Shown one piece after another: positions 19,760-20,000 of a stretch of 20,000 nucleotides of DNA. The notes below the pieces were generated by a model that searched no databases, was not told the DNA's origin, and saw nothing but the letters and a program-made list of their open reading frames with translations. The translations under genes and the position numbers were made by a program. The stretch comes from Brevibacterium luteolum (GTDB lineage: Bacteria; Actinomycetota; Actinomycetes; Actinomycetales; Brevibacteriaceae). The first letter of the stretch is position 1. The number at the start of each line of letters is the position of its first letter. The DNA lies in NCBI RefSeq assembly GCF_013004595.1, contig NZ_JABEMC010000001.1, forward strand, positions 738,896-758,895, written 5' to 3'.

Positions 19760-20000
19760 GGGACTGCTGAAGGTTTGGTTGACTTCACGACTGGACAGAT
19801 TCCAGGAAGGATAGAAGTCATGCCCAAGATCTACACAGATGAGTTCAAGCAATCAGCGCTCGATCTCGTCAATGACGGAATGACCCAGAAGCAGGTCTGT
19901 GCTGACCTCGGGATCTCGAAATCAGCCCTTCAGGCCTGGGTCCGTGACTCCCGCCTGCGCGAGCACGGCCTCGAGCCCTCCCGTGATCCCGAGGAGTCAC
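19760..20000 (+). mobile_element. IS3-family insertion sequence, left end (truncated by window)
   Basis: IR-like GGGACTGCTGAAGGTTTGGTTGAC followed by an OrfA-type HTH ORF; visibly lower GC than the flank. The exact left boundary is uncertain because the right IR is outside the window. Confidence 0.75.
19820..20000 (+). CDS. IS3-family transposase OrfA (HTH), 3'-truncated; absent from the ORF track
   Basis: Manual translation MPKIYTDEFKQSALDLVNDGMTQKQVCADLGISKSALQAWVRDSRLREHGLEPSRDPEES matches the Y-x-x-EFK...A-x-x-LGIS-x-x-x-L-x-x-W OrfA pattern. RBS AGGAAGGA at 19804-19811. Confidence 0.88.
   Translation, partial: MPKIYTDEFKQSALDLVNDGMTQKQVCADLGISKSALQAWVRDSRLREHGLEPSRDPEES

Overview
High-GC actinobacterial chromosome segment; a Micrococcales/Brevibacterium-like origin is my inference, not established. 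Left to right: (1) the 3' end of a surface-polysaccharide operon: a truncated PIG-L/LmbE deacetylase, a Wzx flippase, a GT2 glycosyltransferase and a lipoprotein clan GH-A glycoside hydrolase; (2) a minus-strand NADPH:quinone oxidoreductase, divergent from (3) the complete arginine cluster argC-argJ-argB-argD-argF-argR-argG-argH; (4) a fused PabAB aminodeoxychorismate synthase; (5) tyrS; (6) a TAXI-TRAP solute-binding lipoprotein with no adjacent permease; (7) a CPBP/CAAX intramembrane protease; (8) the left end of an IS3-family element. Most of the window is ordinary housekeeping DNA and I found no convincing wholly new system. The most notable signal is a 37-bp promoter/ARG-operator module present twice, before argC and again inside the cluster before argJ. 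The first copy also covers the 44-bp divergent gap shared with qor and appears to drive a leaderless argC mRNA. Also worth checking are the lipoprotein hydrolase in the glycan locus, the pabAB insertion, the orphan TAXI receptor and a hairpin over the IS start region.
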